Of a stretch of DNA of 64,000 nucleotides, positions 36,645-50,180 are shown one piece after another. The stretch lies in contig JBHGNT010000009.1 of the NCBI GenBank assembly GCA_043228905.1, positions 9,238,001 through 9,302,000 of the forward strand. The letters are read 5' to 3'. Origin of the DNA: Azolla caroliniana. Its lineage: Eukaryota; Plantae; Polypodiophyta. How positions within the stretch are numbered: position 1 is the stretch's first letter; the number at the start of each line of letters is the position of its first letter. Made by a program: the position numbers and the translations under genes. Under the pieces are notes generated by a model. The model was not told the origin of the DNA and did no database searches. It saw nothing but the letters and a program-made list of their open reading frames with translations.

Positions 36645-39221
36645 TCACACCAAGAGTGGTTTCGTGACTTAAGAACGCCGGATCGACCCGGCTTCATAGA
36701 GACGGGAGACGACACCACACATCCATTTGGCACATCGGCAACGTTCCATTCGGCAACGACAGCAAAAACAATTGCATCAAGAATGTCTTGCACGTGCCGA
36801 CAATAACAAAGAATTTGATCTCAATCGGCAAATCGTGGAGCAAGGCATGCAAGTTCGTGTCAACAACGAAGGATGCTTTATAGAAAAAGATGGTCGATTC
36901 ATAGCTAGATGATGGAGAAACGGTCAAATGTTCATTCTCGACTCAAAAGAGGTGAAATCGTCCATGTGCGCCAAAGGTCTCAAAGCCGAAACTGACATCG
37001 AGTTGTGGCACAAGAGAATCAGCCACATCAACCTCCAATAGCTTTGAGCTATGCAATCAAAGGGAGTCGTCATCGAACTTCCGACCTTTGAGTTGAAACG
37101 AGTCATCCGAGTTTGCGAAGTGTGTCAACTTGACAAACAACATCAACTCCCATTCCCAAAGGAGAGCTATATAAGCAAAGGCCTCCTTGACATCATACAT
37201 TCAGATGTATGGGGATCGGCTCAAACGTCGACGATCGGCGGATGACGATACTACGTCATCTTCATTGATGACTATCTCGCTACACGTGGATCTTCCTGAT
37301 GAAGAAGAGGAGCGAAATGCTCTCCCACTTCCAAAAACTAAAGAGCCAAGTCGAAAAAGAAACCGGTCGGCACATTCGATGCTTATGCTTGGATGGAGGC
37401 AAGGAGTACTTCTTTGACGAATTCATCTCCTACCTCCAAGGTGAAGGCATTCAGAGAGAATTCTCATGCCAACACACACCCCAAGAAATGGAGTAGCCAA
37501 AAGGAAGAATCAGCATATACTCGAGGTTGCACGTGCCATGATGCATGAGAAGCACATGTCGAATTTCTAGTGGGCTGAAACGGCATCCACAACTGTCTAT
37601 CTCATGAATCGGTGCAACACTAACGGAGTGCATGAACTAACTCCATATGAGCTCCTTGTCGGAAGGAAGCCGATCCTGTCGCACCTTAAAGTGTTCGGAA
37701 GCATTGGGAATGTACGCATCCCGAGTGAAAAACAACAGAAGCCCAACACGAAGTCGGAGGATTCTCATCCCAGCAAAAGACATACAAGTGTTATAACCCT
37801 TCGACCCGAGCGGTTCGGGTGAGTTGAGACATAGTCTTCGACGAATCAACATCTTGGTATAAGCCCGATTTGGCTCCACCCGACCCGATCGAGGAAGAGT
37901 TGAATGTCAACTCGGATGATGATATTCGGCCAAGTACTTTACCGAAGCCAATCCTGTCGCACCTTAAAGTGTTCGGAAGCATTGGGAATGTACGCATTCC
38001 GAGTGAAAAACAATAGAAGCCCAACATGAAGTCGGAGGATTCTCATCCCAGCAAAAAACATACAAGTGTTATAACCCTTCGACCCGAGCGGTTCGGGTGA
38101 GTTGAGACATAGTCTTCGACGAATCAACATCTTGGTATAAGCCCGATTCAGCTCCACCCGACCCGATCGAGGAAGAGTTGAATGTCAACTCGGATGATGA
38201 TATTCGGCCAAGTACTATACCAAAGGACAATCCAAGCTCTACTGAGCTAAGCGAACCACACGAGCCTTCAATCCTTCCAAGCGCATCTCTACTAGGGGCC
38301 GAATTGGACAAAGGCAAAGATAATATACCCAAATACGAAGTCGACCACCCTGACGACAGTGATTCAGATGTGTCAGCTCCCTCACTAGATAGTGAGTTTA
38401 GTGTACCCATCATGCGTACACCCGGAGTAAAGAAGGCGCTCACATCGGCAAACGAAAAACTTCGAAGCTCACCTAGAGAGAAGAACCCCGTCACTTGGCT
38501 CGGCTACAAACAAGTATATGGCCCATCACTATGCCTTCACGATGAAGGTAGCAGCCGAACAAAAGCTCGAGAGCTCTACCGAAGTGACTTGTGACCCAGG
38601 ATGGGTGGAAGCAGTCGGCCTTCGCCCATTTCACACTACAAGCCTTCGTCGCCAACTTGAGGGGGAGGAACCGAGATTGCCTCGAAAAGGCTGACACCGA
38701 CAAAAGCAAAAGCGCACGTCGAACGCCTCACACTTGAGCTTGAGGGGGCGTGTTGAGATATCAAGCTCAACTAGATTTAGTTAGTTAGTGAACACACGTA
38801 ACTTAGTAGTTACCTAGATAGAATCTAGTTAGTGTGTTGACCTTAAAGCCTTAAATGGGATTTTGTACTTGAGTGGGAGACATTGTAGATCCTCCACTCC
38901 CATGTTCATTTAATATAGGACTTACACCTTTGTACCTATATTCTACTCACACATGTACACCTTTGCGCATGAGAAGTATATATACCTCATTGTGGGTATT
39001 TTTGTATTTGATGATGCTAATTAATATAGAGGAAAGGTCTTTAGCTACACTCTTGTTAATCATCCCCCATTTTATAAATTATTGTTCATTAGTGTAACTT
39101 CCTCTCTCTCTTCCTCTCACACACATACATACGCATATCACATAATCCTCCGCTGCTTAACTACTCACATAATTAGTCACTAATTAACCCTAGTTAATTA
39201 CCTAGTTAATTCACTTCTACA
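36645..39221 (+). mobile_element. degenerate Ty1/copia fragment (protease-integrase, RT deleted) with 3' LTR 38751-39221
   Basis: ELWHKRISH, CEVCQLDKQH, IHSDVWG, DGGKEY, TPYELLVGRKP.LSHLKVFG; PPT ttgagggggcg then tgttgaga...ttctaca; internal ~275-bp tandem duplication 37666-38217. Confidence 0.85.
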
Positions 39222-40053
39222 AGTCCAAACTCCTAGCCTTGACACCATATAGTTGGCATCAACTTTTGTGGCCAGGTCAAGTTGTTAGCCAAAATGAAAT
39301 GGTTAGACATCTTGGCTATCCATTGGGATGGAATGCAATAGGGAAGAGAAAGGTTGAATGGGTTTTGTAAAATGTCAAAAAAAGCTAAGCTATTGGCAAA
39401 TAGTAACATGCCCACTCCATGTCAGATTGAGGATAGTGCAATCTATATTCATGGCTTACATGTAGTATTACTTAATTATGATTCATTGGCCGAAACACAT
39501 GATACAAAAGATTAACTCAGAAATCATAAGAAAAATTTGGTGCTCTAAGCAATTGCATAGAGGTGTATGACTCCTATCATTAGAGAAGATATGCACATTA
39601 CAATTGTGTGGAGGGTTAAATATTCTTAATTTGTAGTTGCATATGTTGGCTAGAAAAGCTGTTTTACTGCCAAAATGTGCTGAGAAAACATTACCTTGGG
39701 CAAGAGGGCTATCTAATATGTTTGATAATTTGAAAACCAAGTCATTTGGCTCATGGGATACTAACCATTGGGATGTAGTGTTTGGAAATCTTGACGGGCA
39801 CATCACAGGCTGTCCATTTAGCTCAAAGCTTCTAAAGCACTGGAAAGAAGTATTGCCCCACATAAAATGGAGAGGTGGGAATTCAGAATCAGGGAACTCT
39901 TTACGCCTCGAAAGCTTACATTGGAGTGCTATATTCCCACGATCACTAGCTGAACAAAAGCCTAGGAAAGCTTATTTTTTAGCAAAGAAGGAATTGAAAT
40001 AAATTGTAGACGTGGTAAATGACCAAGGTCACTTATTATGCTTCCATGACATG
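39222..40053 (+). mobile_element. L1-type LINE, post-RT ORF2 remnant
   Basis: Decayed IRKIWC, ICTLQLCGGLNILNL.LHMLARKAVLL and LLKHWKEV motifs typical of the plant L1 ORF2 C-terminal half. Confidence 0.6.
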
Positions 40054-43000
40054 TGTTGAGCGAGCAAGCTCAACGTAGGCTGGATCAGCTGAACAAGCCG
40101 AGAGCCCGATCGGATGAAGATTGGTCGGCTAGGTCAGATCGGATGAAGACCAATCGGCTAGGCCCGGATCGGATGAAGACCGATCGACTAGGCCCGGATC
40201 GGATTTGAGAGTCGGATCGGAGAGCCGGATCCATGCGTGAGCTAGTAGGCCGTTAGATGCCTACGATCCTAGTCTTGTAGATAGGCATATTTTTGGGAGT
40301 TAGTGTTGGTAGCTCAGTTATGAACATTGAAGTACTTGTCAGTACTTATGACCGTCCTTTATGGACTTGTATTAATGTGCTCACTGAGCACACTTGTATG
40401 TATAGACAAAGTATTGTTTTGAAATTGAGTTTTTGTTGTTCTGCTTTGTCTCTGTCTCCGTCTCTCTTGCGTACTCTCTCTCTCTCTCTCACCATTGTTC
40501 TCTGTGTTTACCGTTCTTTGTTGTAAACCGATTGAGCCGGTTGTATTTGTGTAGCTTCCGCACGTTAATCTTCACATGGTATTAGAGCGTGAGGGTTGAG
40601 AATCCTCTGCTTCTGACAAACACTCAAACACAAACAAACCTTAACACTCGGTTGAGAACTGAAAAGAAGAAGAAAATGGACAGAGGAATGGCTAGCTCGC
40701 TTTTGACGGAAAAGCTTGACAGGAGCAACTACGCATCTTGGTCCTACAAGATGCACCCGTACTTGCTAAGGCACAACTACTAGAGTTATGTGGAAGGAGC
40801 GAACGAAGTGGCACTAGAGTCAGCACACAAGGATTTTCCGGTTTGGGAACAAGGAGCAAGTAGAGTCTTGTACTGCCTTGCATCCTGTGTGCACGACCAG
40901 ATGCCGGGCTACATTCAGGATGTGAAGACACCATAGGAGGCAAGAGCTCAACAATATCCGAGAGAAGGATATGATGGTGCTTGACCAGACCACCAAAACA
41001 AAGTAGATATGTGATGCCTTGGGATCTATCAACGTTGTCGTAGTGTATTTCGTACAGTACGTGGAAAACTTATAAAATAACTGATTGGATAAATATGAAG
41101 AAAAAGACGAAAATATTAAAATATACATTACATACATAGGGCAAAATTCAAACCTTGTACCTCCATGTTAATAATTTGAAGCCTTACCATTATACTAACA
41201 CATCATAAGTGTTAAAAAAGTAGATATCCCACATACAAAGTTTATTTCATGCATATTTTCTAGGGAAAAAGCTTTAGTTAGAAGAAAACGCATGATTGAA
41301 AAAGCTATTCATGCATATCTCATGTGTGCATGAACACTATTATTAGAAGAAAAAGCATAATAGATAAAGTGATTCATGCACATCTAGTGTGCATGAACAC
41401 TTTAGAAAAAGCATGATGATTACCATGTGGTAGAGTACATTTAGTCTCTCCCATCACTATATAAGGGCGGGGAGCAAATTGTAATAGGTTGTTGATTCTT
41501 GGGTTTTATTAATATTTATAAATATTGATCTAATTGATTATATTCATGTAATTCACGGTTTTCAATCTATCTTTTCTAATCTATTCCAATACTATTAGGA
41601 TTCTAAGGGTTGATTAATCTAATACAATACACTCGTGGGATTCACTAGGTTTCTATATCTTTTTCTTACAATCTATTCTCATTCTCATCTGTCTAAAAAA
41701 ATTATCCTCCTCGTCCAAAACCCCAACGGTTCCCACCCGACTCACACAACGATCCGACGTCGAAAGACACGACACATTTGGTGAACTCGACATGAAGATG
41801 GGGTGACAAGGAGATGGAGAATCAACAAAAGACTAACAACATGATGACGATGTTCGAGCGAATGCTACAAGAACAACGTGAGATGTTGGAGATTGCGGTG
41901 GTAGTAGATCTGCTCGTGCAACGGAATGAGCAATTCAACGAGAAGGATGTGTCACATTATTTGTGGAACTACAAGGCGGAGATGCTACGGTGCGGAATAT
42001 CGGAAGGATTGCTAGTGACGGCCTTCAATCGGGTGGCTACAGATGGGCTTCAAGGGAGTATCCACGGGATACGACAAAAAATTCGACGTGGGCGGCGTTT
42101 GAAGAAGCGTTGAAGACTACGTTCACTATCAAGGACTCTTCTAAGGCAACATGGAGGGGATTCGAAGATTGGTTGGAAACAACAGACAAGGGGCTAAAGG
42201 TCCTTGATGTGTTTTCAACATTCGAAAGTTAACTCAGGAGGTTGTCCGCGAGAGATCAAGCTATCCTCGTACAACACAAAGTGATCATGTTCTTATGAGC
42301 CGTGGATGTCCGGGACTGGAAAGACCTTGGAGTGCTTCTAGAGGATACAAATACTGAGAGTGGCCTCACCAATACAAGGGAAAATGTGTGGGACATTGTC
42401 GCGCGATACAGAGCATGCAATCCGATAGCCGGATGTTGTACACAAGATAGGCCCTGTGGACATGGACGACGAGGTGGATCGACATGCAATGGTGGTGGCC
42501 GACAAGATCAAGAAAGAGGGCATAGAGGTGATGCCGATAGCAGTTCCGGACCCTCCACAAGCAGGGGGAGTGAAGGTGGCGTCGGGAATTGGGAAGCAGA
42601 GGCCGAAATGGAATGCTGGTACTGTGGTAAGAAGGGACACAAAGAGAGCGAGTGTTGGAAGAAGCGCACCAATTCAGATAAATTTGGAGCCGGCAGAGCC
42701 AAACATGGAAATCGGTAGCGTTCGCACTACACTGAAGGGTCGGAAGGACCCAAGTGGATGGAGGTTCGAAAGTATGTGCGGAAGTATGTGTGTGTGGACA
42801 TGTTGATCTATGCACAACAAACGACACATATATGTAAGGGATGCAAGTATGATTCGACCAAGAAGGGTGCTTCATCGAAAAAGAGGGCCGAATCATCACA
42901 CGTGGAAGAAGAGAGGGGCGGATGTTCATTCTCGATTCACACGAGATGAAATCCGCCATGTTCGCAAGAAGCACGAAAGCCGACTCCGACATAGAGCTAT

Positions 43001-44710
43001 GGCACAAGCGAATCGGCCACATCAATTTGAACAAACTCAAAGCAATGAAATCGAAAGGAGTCGTCATCGGACTCCCGCCATTCAAAGAGAAGGAGATTGA
43101 AGGTGTATGCGAAGCGTGCCAATTCGGCAAGCAACACCGACACCCATTTCCGAAAGAGCGGAACGTGAGCAAAGGTTTACTCAATGTAGTCCATTCCGAC
43201 GTATGGGGACCGGCGCAGACGGCTACATTCGGCAGATGCCGATATTACGTGCTCTTCATCGCTGACTTCTCCATGCACACTTGGATCTACCCGATGCGGC
43301 AAAAGAGCGAAGTGTTCGGACACTTCCAAAATTTTAAGAATGAAGTCAAGAAAGCCATGGGCCGACATGTATGATGCCTTCGATCGGATGGCGGCAAGGA
43401 GTACTTTTCGGACGATTCCACGGCGTATCTACGAAAGGAAGTAATTCGGCGATAATTCACTTGCCGACACACTCCGCAACAAAACGGAGTAGCCGAGCAC
43501 AAAAATTGGCACATCCTCAAAGTCCTTTACAAAAATTGGCACATCCTCAAAAATTGGCGGCATAATGGATTGCGGCATCCTTTACAATACTGTGATGCCA
43601 ATACGACTCGAGGGGTACACAGACGCCGATTGGGCCGGCTACAAAGCCGATAGAAGATCAACCTCCGGATTTGTATTTTCCCTCGGCAGCGAAGCAATAT
43701 CCTGGAGCAGCAAAAAGCAACCAACTGTCGCTCTTTCGAGCATAGAGGCGGAATACAGGAGCGCGGCAGTGGCCGCATGTGAAGCCGTATGGCTCAAAAG
43801 GATACTCAAGGATCTGGCGTACCCATCAAGGATCCGACTTCCCTTTACTGCGATAACATGAGCAATATCTATCCGGCTCGAAACCCGGTGTTCCAAGCGT
43901 GGACAAAGCACATCGATGTGCACTATCACTTCATCCGAGAGTGCGTTCTAGCTGGCGATGTCGACCTACAACACATAAGCACCAATCTTCAAACAGCCGA
44001 CATCTTCACTAAAGCCTTAGGAGCCGACAAGCTATGGCAATTCATGACTGATCTCGGATTGACGATCCATGACCTGCCAAGCTTGAGGGGGAGTACTGAA
44101 GACACTACGCAATAACGCATGGATTCCGCAACTGCGCAACGAAGCCGCGAAGAGCCAATCTACCGCGCAAAGCCGCGAAGAAAGACGCAAGCCGAAGCAC
44201 AGGCTTCGCAACTACGCACAACGGAAGCTGGAGCATGGATTCCACAACTCCGCATAAATGCGAGTCGATACGGACTTCGAAATGCGAGTCCAAGCGTATT
44301 TCGGATACCGTCTGAAACCAACCCGACTTGAGCTTGAGGGGGCGTGTTGAGAATCAAGCTCAACTTGGTCGAGTGTGTGAACTCACCTTGAGAGTGAATA
44401 GACACTCCAATGGTCAAGAGTCACCATTAAGTCACCACTTTGTAGTCTAGCATTTAGTATGAGTCATAGAATCATATTCTATGACACATAACTTATGAGC
44501 TTTCACATTCCCCATGCTCCATGAGTCTTGTAGTTAATGAAGAGAGAGGGTGACTATATAAATCACCCTCCTCCCACCTTGTATGATGTTGAGTCTTTCT
44601 CCTTTGTTAATGTATTTTCACCTTGCGTATTCTCTCTCTCTCGCTCTCTCATACACACACACAATCCATACCTATTCCGCTGCACAGAATCCATCTCTTG
44701 ATTCTTTACA
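40054..44710 (+). mobile_element. chimeric degenerate Ty1/copia: 5' LTR 40054-40576, PBS(Met), gag, integrase, deletion to RNase H, 3' LTR 44345-44710
   Basis: PBS tggtattagagc at 40577; gag EKLDRSNYASW; knuckle CWYCGKKGHKESEC; VHSDVWGP; YTDADWAG..DRRSTSG, KHIDVHYHFIRE, ADIFTKAL; PPT gagggggggcg-like tract before 44345. The two LTRs share only their first ~20 nt; ~30-bp tandem repeats at 40100-40230. Confidence 0.85.
41036..42410 (+). mobile_element. Ty3/gypsy family X 5' LTR (41036-41774), PBS and gag fragment nested in the copia gag
   Basis: tgtcg...cgaca termini; PBS tggtgaactcgacatg at 41779; gag FNEKDVSHYLWNYKAEML; LTR start near-identical to that at 26847. Confidence 0.85.
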
Positions 44711-47700
44711 ATAATTAGTAGTCGAGATCATCCAATTGTCTTGGGGTTACCCTGGTTTGAATTACATAACCCACACATAGATTGGAGAACAAAAGTTGAC
44801 AAATATGAGGATCTACTCATAAGATTGCAACCATTTCACTACATCAATTGCGTGAGGAAGGACGTAAGGAAGCAATGTTTGTCTTCGTGGTATTAAAATC
44901 TCCAGCCGACGCACCCATTTTCTTCGTCAAGAAAAAGGATGGATCACTTCGTCTCGTCATAGACTATCGCGGCTTGAATAAGGTCACCATCAAGAATTGT
45001 TATGCACTTCCTCTTATCTCAAGTCTTTTAGAACAGATCAATGGTGCAAGGTTCTTCACAAAAATCGACTTACGAGGAGCATATAACCTCATACGAAGCC
45101 GACTAGGAGATGAATGGAAGACCGTGTTCCACACCAGATATGGTCATGTCATTCGGTCTCATTAATGCACCAATCGTCTTCCATAAGATGGCAAATGATA
45201 TATTTCGAGATCTCTTGGATGTTTGTTTGATCATCTATTTGGACTATCTACTGGTTTATTCAAAGACCCAAGAAGCGCATGTTTCTCACGTATTGTTAGT
45301 ACTAAAACGGCTTCGAGAACATAGTCTTTATGCAAAACTAGAAAAATGTAACTTCGAGTGCAACTAGGTGAAATTTCTAGGATATGTAATCTCCTCGGAA
45401 TGCATCTCTGAGGATCTAGCTAAGGTCAAAACTGTGGTAGAGTGGCAGACTCCACGTTCGTTGTGAGATGTGCAATGCTTTTTAGGCTTTGCCAATTTCT
45501 ACCACAAGTTTATACAGGATTACCCAAAGCTTACCAAGAAGGGGCAGTCGTTTGTTTGGTCTAAAGAAGTGGACATGGCTTTTGAGAGTCTTAAGAAGGC
45601 ATTTACATCAGCTCCTATTCTATCTCATGTGGATTTGGCAAAACCATTCATCATTGAGGCAGACGCGTCAGATTTCGCCTTGGGTAGCATTGTTTCACAA
45701 CAAGGCAATGATGAAAAGCTATGTCTTGTGGCTTTCCACTCACACAAGTTTAACGCCGCCGAAATCAACTATGAAATTCACGATAAAGAGCTATTAGCAG
45801 TAATGGACTCTTTTACGCAATGGAGGCATTTCCTAGAGGGATCTTCTCATCAAGTCACCATATTCAGTGATCACAAAAATCTTGCCTACTTCCAAAATGC
45901 TCATGTATTAAATCGACGCCAAGCTCGGTGGGCCCAAATCCTTACTTGTTTCGACTTCAAAATTACATATCTTCCTAGGAAGCAACAAGGGAAGGCAGAT
46001 GCATTATCGCGACGCTCGTATCTAGCACCGCGTCCCGATGAGGCAGCATTCGATAACCAAAAGCAAGTAATCCTGGGACTGACACGACTGCAAGCAATGC
46101 GGGTTTTTGATATGCCATTGGATTCCCACATTATCGATATCCTACATGAGGACTTGAAGACAAATGTTTTCGCTCAACCCATTCTAGCACAAATTGATCC
46201 CTCTCAGGCATCTTGTTCACAGTCACAACAACGAGGTATGGATTATCGACAACTCGAATGTCACGATGGATTATTATTCTTTAAGAAGCTCTTGTATGTT
46301 CCTAATGGTTCTTGTCTCCTTCGAGTACTCCAAAAATGTGATGTCACATATACATCTGGGCATTTTGGTAGTACTAAAACGTTAGATTTAGTCCAACGAT
46401 CATTCTGGTGGCTTCATATGCAACGATTTGTCGAAGATTGTGTTCGGACATGTGATACATGTTGCAGAGCAAAGATGCCAAGACACCATCCATATGGTTT
46501 ATTGGAACCATTACCAATTCCAAGCAAGCCATGGCAATCCATTGCTCTAGATTTCATCACAGATCTTCTAGTCTCTAAGGGATTCGATGCAATTTAACAA
46601 TAGTAGATCGATATACGAATATGGCCCATTTCCTGCCATATACTAAGGAAATCACTAGTGAAGAAACCACCGAAATTGTCATGCGTGAGGTATGTCGGCA
46701 TCATGGCCTCTCCGATAGTATCATCAGCGACCGTGGACCCCAGTTCATCTCGAAATTCTTGAAGCACCTCTTCAAAATGCTCAAGGTCACTTGTAACCTC
46801 TCCTCTGGCTACCACCCGTAAACAGATGGACAAGCAAAACAAACAAATCAAACACTGGAACAATATCTTCGGTGTTTTCTAAGCTATCATCAAGATGATT
46901 GGGCGGATATTCTCCATTTCACTGGATTTGTGTATTATAACTCTGTCCACTCATCGACTAAGGTCACACCATTTTATGCTTATACGGGCTATCATCCTCG
47001 GTGGTGTCTTTTCAAAACTCCGGGGTTACCCACAAATCCTTGTGCAGAGGATCGTTGGGAATGGCTACGCAAGATACAGGTAGATTTATCTACTCATTTA
47101 CAACAAGCTCAACAAACACACAAGGATTATGCGGATTGTCATCGGCTTCCATCCAGTTTTAACATTGGAGATTGGGTGTGGCTATTATGACGACACATCA
47201 AGACTACTCGCCCATGCAATAAATTGGATTATCGGCGGTTGGGTCCTTTCGGTATTATCGGAAAAATTAATGATGTCGCTTTTCGTCTCAATCTACCTCC
47301 GCAACTACAGATACATCCGGTATTTCATAGTTCTCTTCTAGAACCCGATCAGGACAGCACTATCCCAGGTCGTATCAAACCATCTCCACCCCCGATCGAA
47401 CTTGAAGATAGACCTAAGTACGAGGTTGCCGTCATCCTCGATTCCAAGATTGTTCGTAACAAGCTGTACTATTTGGTTGATTGGCTAGGATATAATCCTA
47501 GAGAGTGTACTTGGGAACCAATAGAGAATGTGACCAATGCTCGCGCTCTTCTTGAAGACTTCCATCGTCAATATCCAGACAAACTGGGTCCTCAATCCAA
47601 AAAGGGGAGATAATGTCATGATTCGAACCCATGACCCTAGGTTACATGGGTCGAGCCCTTGCCATTAGACTATACATTATAATACAAAGAATATTATTTT

Positions 47701-47899
47701 CATTTATTATTTCACTATAGAAAATTGATGTATATTCCAGATTTCTCTAGAACATTCTAGAAACTTCAGGAGTACTCCTGAAAACACTATATAAGGAGGT
47801 ACAAGGCATTATTTCGAACCAAATCGGTTTAACGCCAGTCTTAAGCCTCCTAACTACCACTGTATATTCACTTCACATAATATATATCTTTTGTTATCA

Positions 47900-47954
<55 letters not shown>

Positions 47955-50055
47955 ACGACTTATCTATGCATTGTAAGAATTTATATGAGTTATCTCTTGC
48001 CGGAAAGACGATGTGTTATGGTTCTCTTTCACATATGCCTCCCTTCTTTACAATTGAAGATATATGCATAGGACTTAAGAAATTGGCCTCTCGAAAGGCA
48101 AGTGATCTTCAATGTATAAAGGCTGAAATGCTCAAATGGACGGGAAAGGAAGCACATATATGGATAAGCGATATGTTTAATGATGCATTGCAACATGGTA
48201 TGTCGTACGATTGGACTACAAATTGGATCAAACCTTTACATAAAGCTGGATATATAAATAATGTAAACAACTATTGAACCATCATGGTTGGCTCATTAAT
48301 GGCAAAACTATTTGGATGTATAATGGAATCAAAGATAAGTGTATGGTCTGAAAAAAGTGGTAAGAGAGCTTATGGACAAGCTGGCTTCGGAAACACCATA
48401 GCACCATTGATCACCTTATCACCCTTCGAGTATTAATGGAGGAAAGTCACCTTAGAGGTAAAGGTTTATATTGTTGCTTTGTAGACTTCAAGAAAGCCTT
48501 TGATATGGTTCCTCGTGAGCATCTTTGGAGGCGAATGGAAGAACTTGAGGTTTATGAGAAGGTTGCAAGTGAATATATGCTTGCAATTTCCTGAATTTAT
48601 GAGAAGGTTATATGTTGTGTGCGCATAAGAGATAAACTTTCAAATTTTTTCAAAAGCACTATTGGTGTTAAGCAAGGATGCCCACTCTCACCAACATTAT
48701 TTGGTCTATGCATTGATGAATTGGAAGAAATGGTTACCAAGTTTGCAAAGGAAGAATGTGTTGAAGAAGTTGCCATTGGGAATGTTGTGATTATGCTTTT
48801 GCTATATGCAGATGATGTAGTGCTTTTTGCAAATACTTTAGGAGATGCACAAATTTAAAGCTTATGAAGGCATTGGAAATTTTTTGCATGCATACTAAAT
48901 TAAGTGTCAATAGCTCTAAAACAAAGATTATGCTTGTGAAGAGCCAAAAAAGAGATAAACCATGCATTACGTACAACAATGAGCCACTTGAATGTGTGGC
49001 AAGCTTCAAATATCTTGGCCTTGAAGTTCCTTCAAATCATAGATGGAATGAATGTGCTACACGCCGCTTAGAGGCGGGCAAGTGAGCATACTATGCATTT
49101 GAGAACACATGCAAGCTTGGAGATATTAAGTGTTGGGTCCTCAAGAAATATCTTTTCGACACTTTGGTGACACCGGTTCTTCTCTATGGGGTGGAAGTAT
49201 GGGGCGGTAGCATCCCTAAATCTATGTGGAAAGAGTTTGAAAATGTCCAAAAGCATTTTCTTACCAAGTTTCTACAAGTTAAGAAACAAACGCCCTACAC
49301 CCTCCTCCTTGAGACGGGATCGCTTCCCATTGAGATCATGGCCATGGAAAGGGTTGTTGAATACATGCTTAAGGTTCAAAAAAGTCCCTCACATCGACTT
49401 CCTAGAACTGCGTGGGAAGCAAGCAAAAAGATCCAAAAGACGCATAAAAGCAAAATTTTGTGTCTCGGTTGGATGCAAGATATAGAAAAATGGTTTGGTA
49501 GATGGGATGCGAGACACTTGCTTCATGATGCATCATTAGATTCCTCTGTAAATGAGGCATTTTTGCAACGCCAATGTATCATGACATGGGACAAATGTGG
49601 AGGCTCACGCTTCACACATTATACTACACATGTTGCACCTAACTACAAAACCATATTCTTTGCGGAACGGGGAAATCATACACATCCATACATGTTAGAG
49701 CCCATACCATTATCTTCCATTCGAACCATTGCTTCCATGCGACTTAGCTCACATGCATTGCGATGTGAAACAGGGCGTTGGGGTACAAGTGATGAGAGTG
49801 GTTGGCTATGCACACTTTGCCCTAAACAAGTTCGCGAGTCTGAGTATCACACTTTGATACAATGCTCTGCCTTTGATCATATTCGACCATGCTTTCCACA
49901 TCTCTTCGATCGAGCCCAATCTTTGCATGAATTCCTCTCACAACCACAATGTGCACTCTCGATTGCAACATTCATTGGTAAAGTTCTTGAACATCGAGAG
50001 ACACTACTCACTCATAGGTCATATTTGACCTCCGAAGATGATAATATAATCTATA

Positions 50056-50093
<38 letters not shown>

Positions 50094-50180
50094 CTTCTCT
50101 CGCGAGTTCTACACCTCTCTTAGTACTAATCCTCATCTTTTAGTACTAATTCCTTTTCTGTCTTAGTACTGTTCCTGACA
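44711..50180 (+). mobile_element. Ty3/gypsy chromovirus (Tcn1-like), 5'-truncated; 3' LTR 47614-50180 is interrupted by a LINE
   Basis: Protease tail IVLGLPWFELHNPHIDW; [34 protein letters not shown]; RNase H EADASDFA, DKELLA, DHKNL; integrase GHFG..KT, CDTC, PWQSIALDFI, SDRGPQF; chromodomain YEV..ILDSK...YYLVDWLGY....TWEP. PPT aaaaaggggaga; LTR termini tgtca (47614) and tgaca (50180). Confidence 0.92.
47953..50089 (+). mobile_element. 5'-truncated RTEX-like LINE (family A) inserted in a (TC)n tract of the chromovirus LTR
   Basis: RT motifs QAGF, FVDFKKAFD, GVKQGCPLSPTLFGL, LLYADD, FKYLGL; C-terminal RLSSHALRCETGRW...LCTLC...ESEYHTLIQC; (TC)n on both sides (47903-47952, 50058-50089). Confidence 0.9.
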
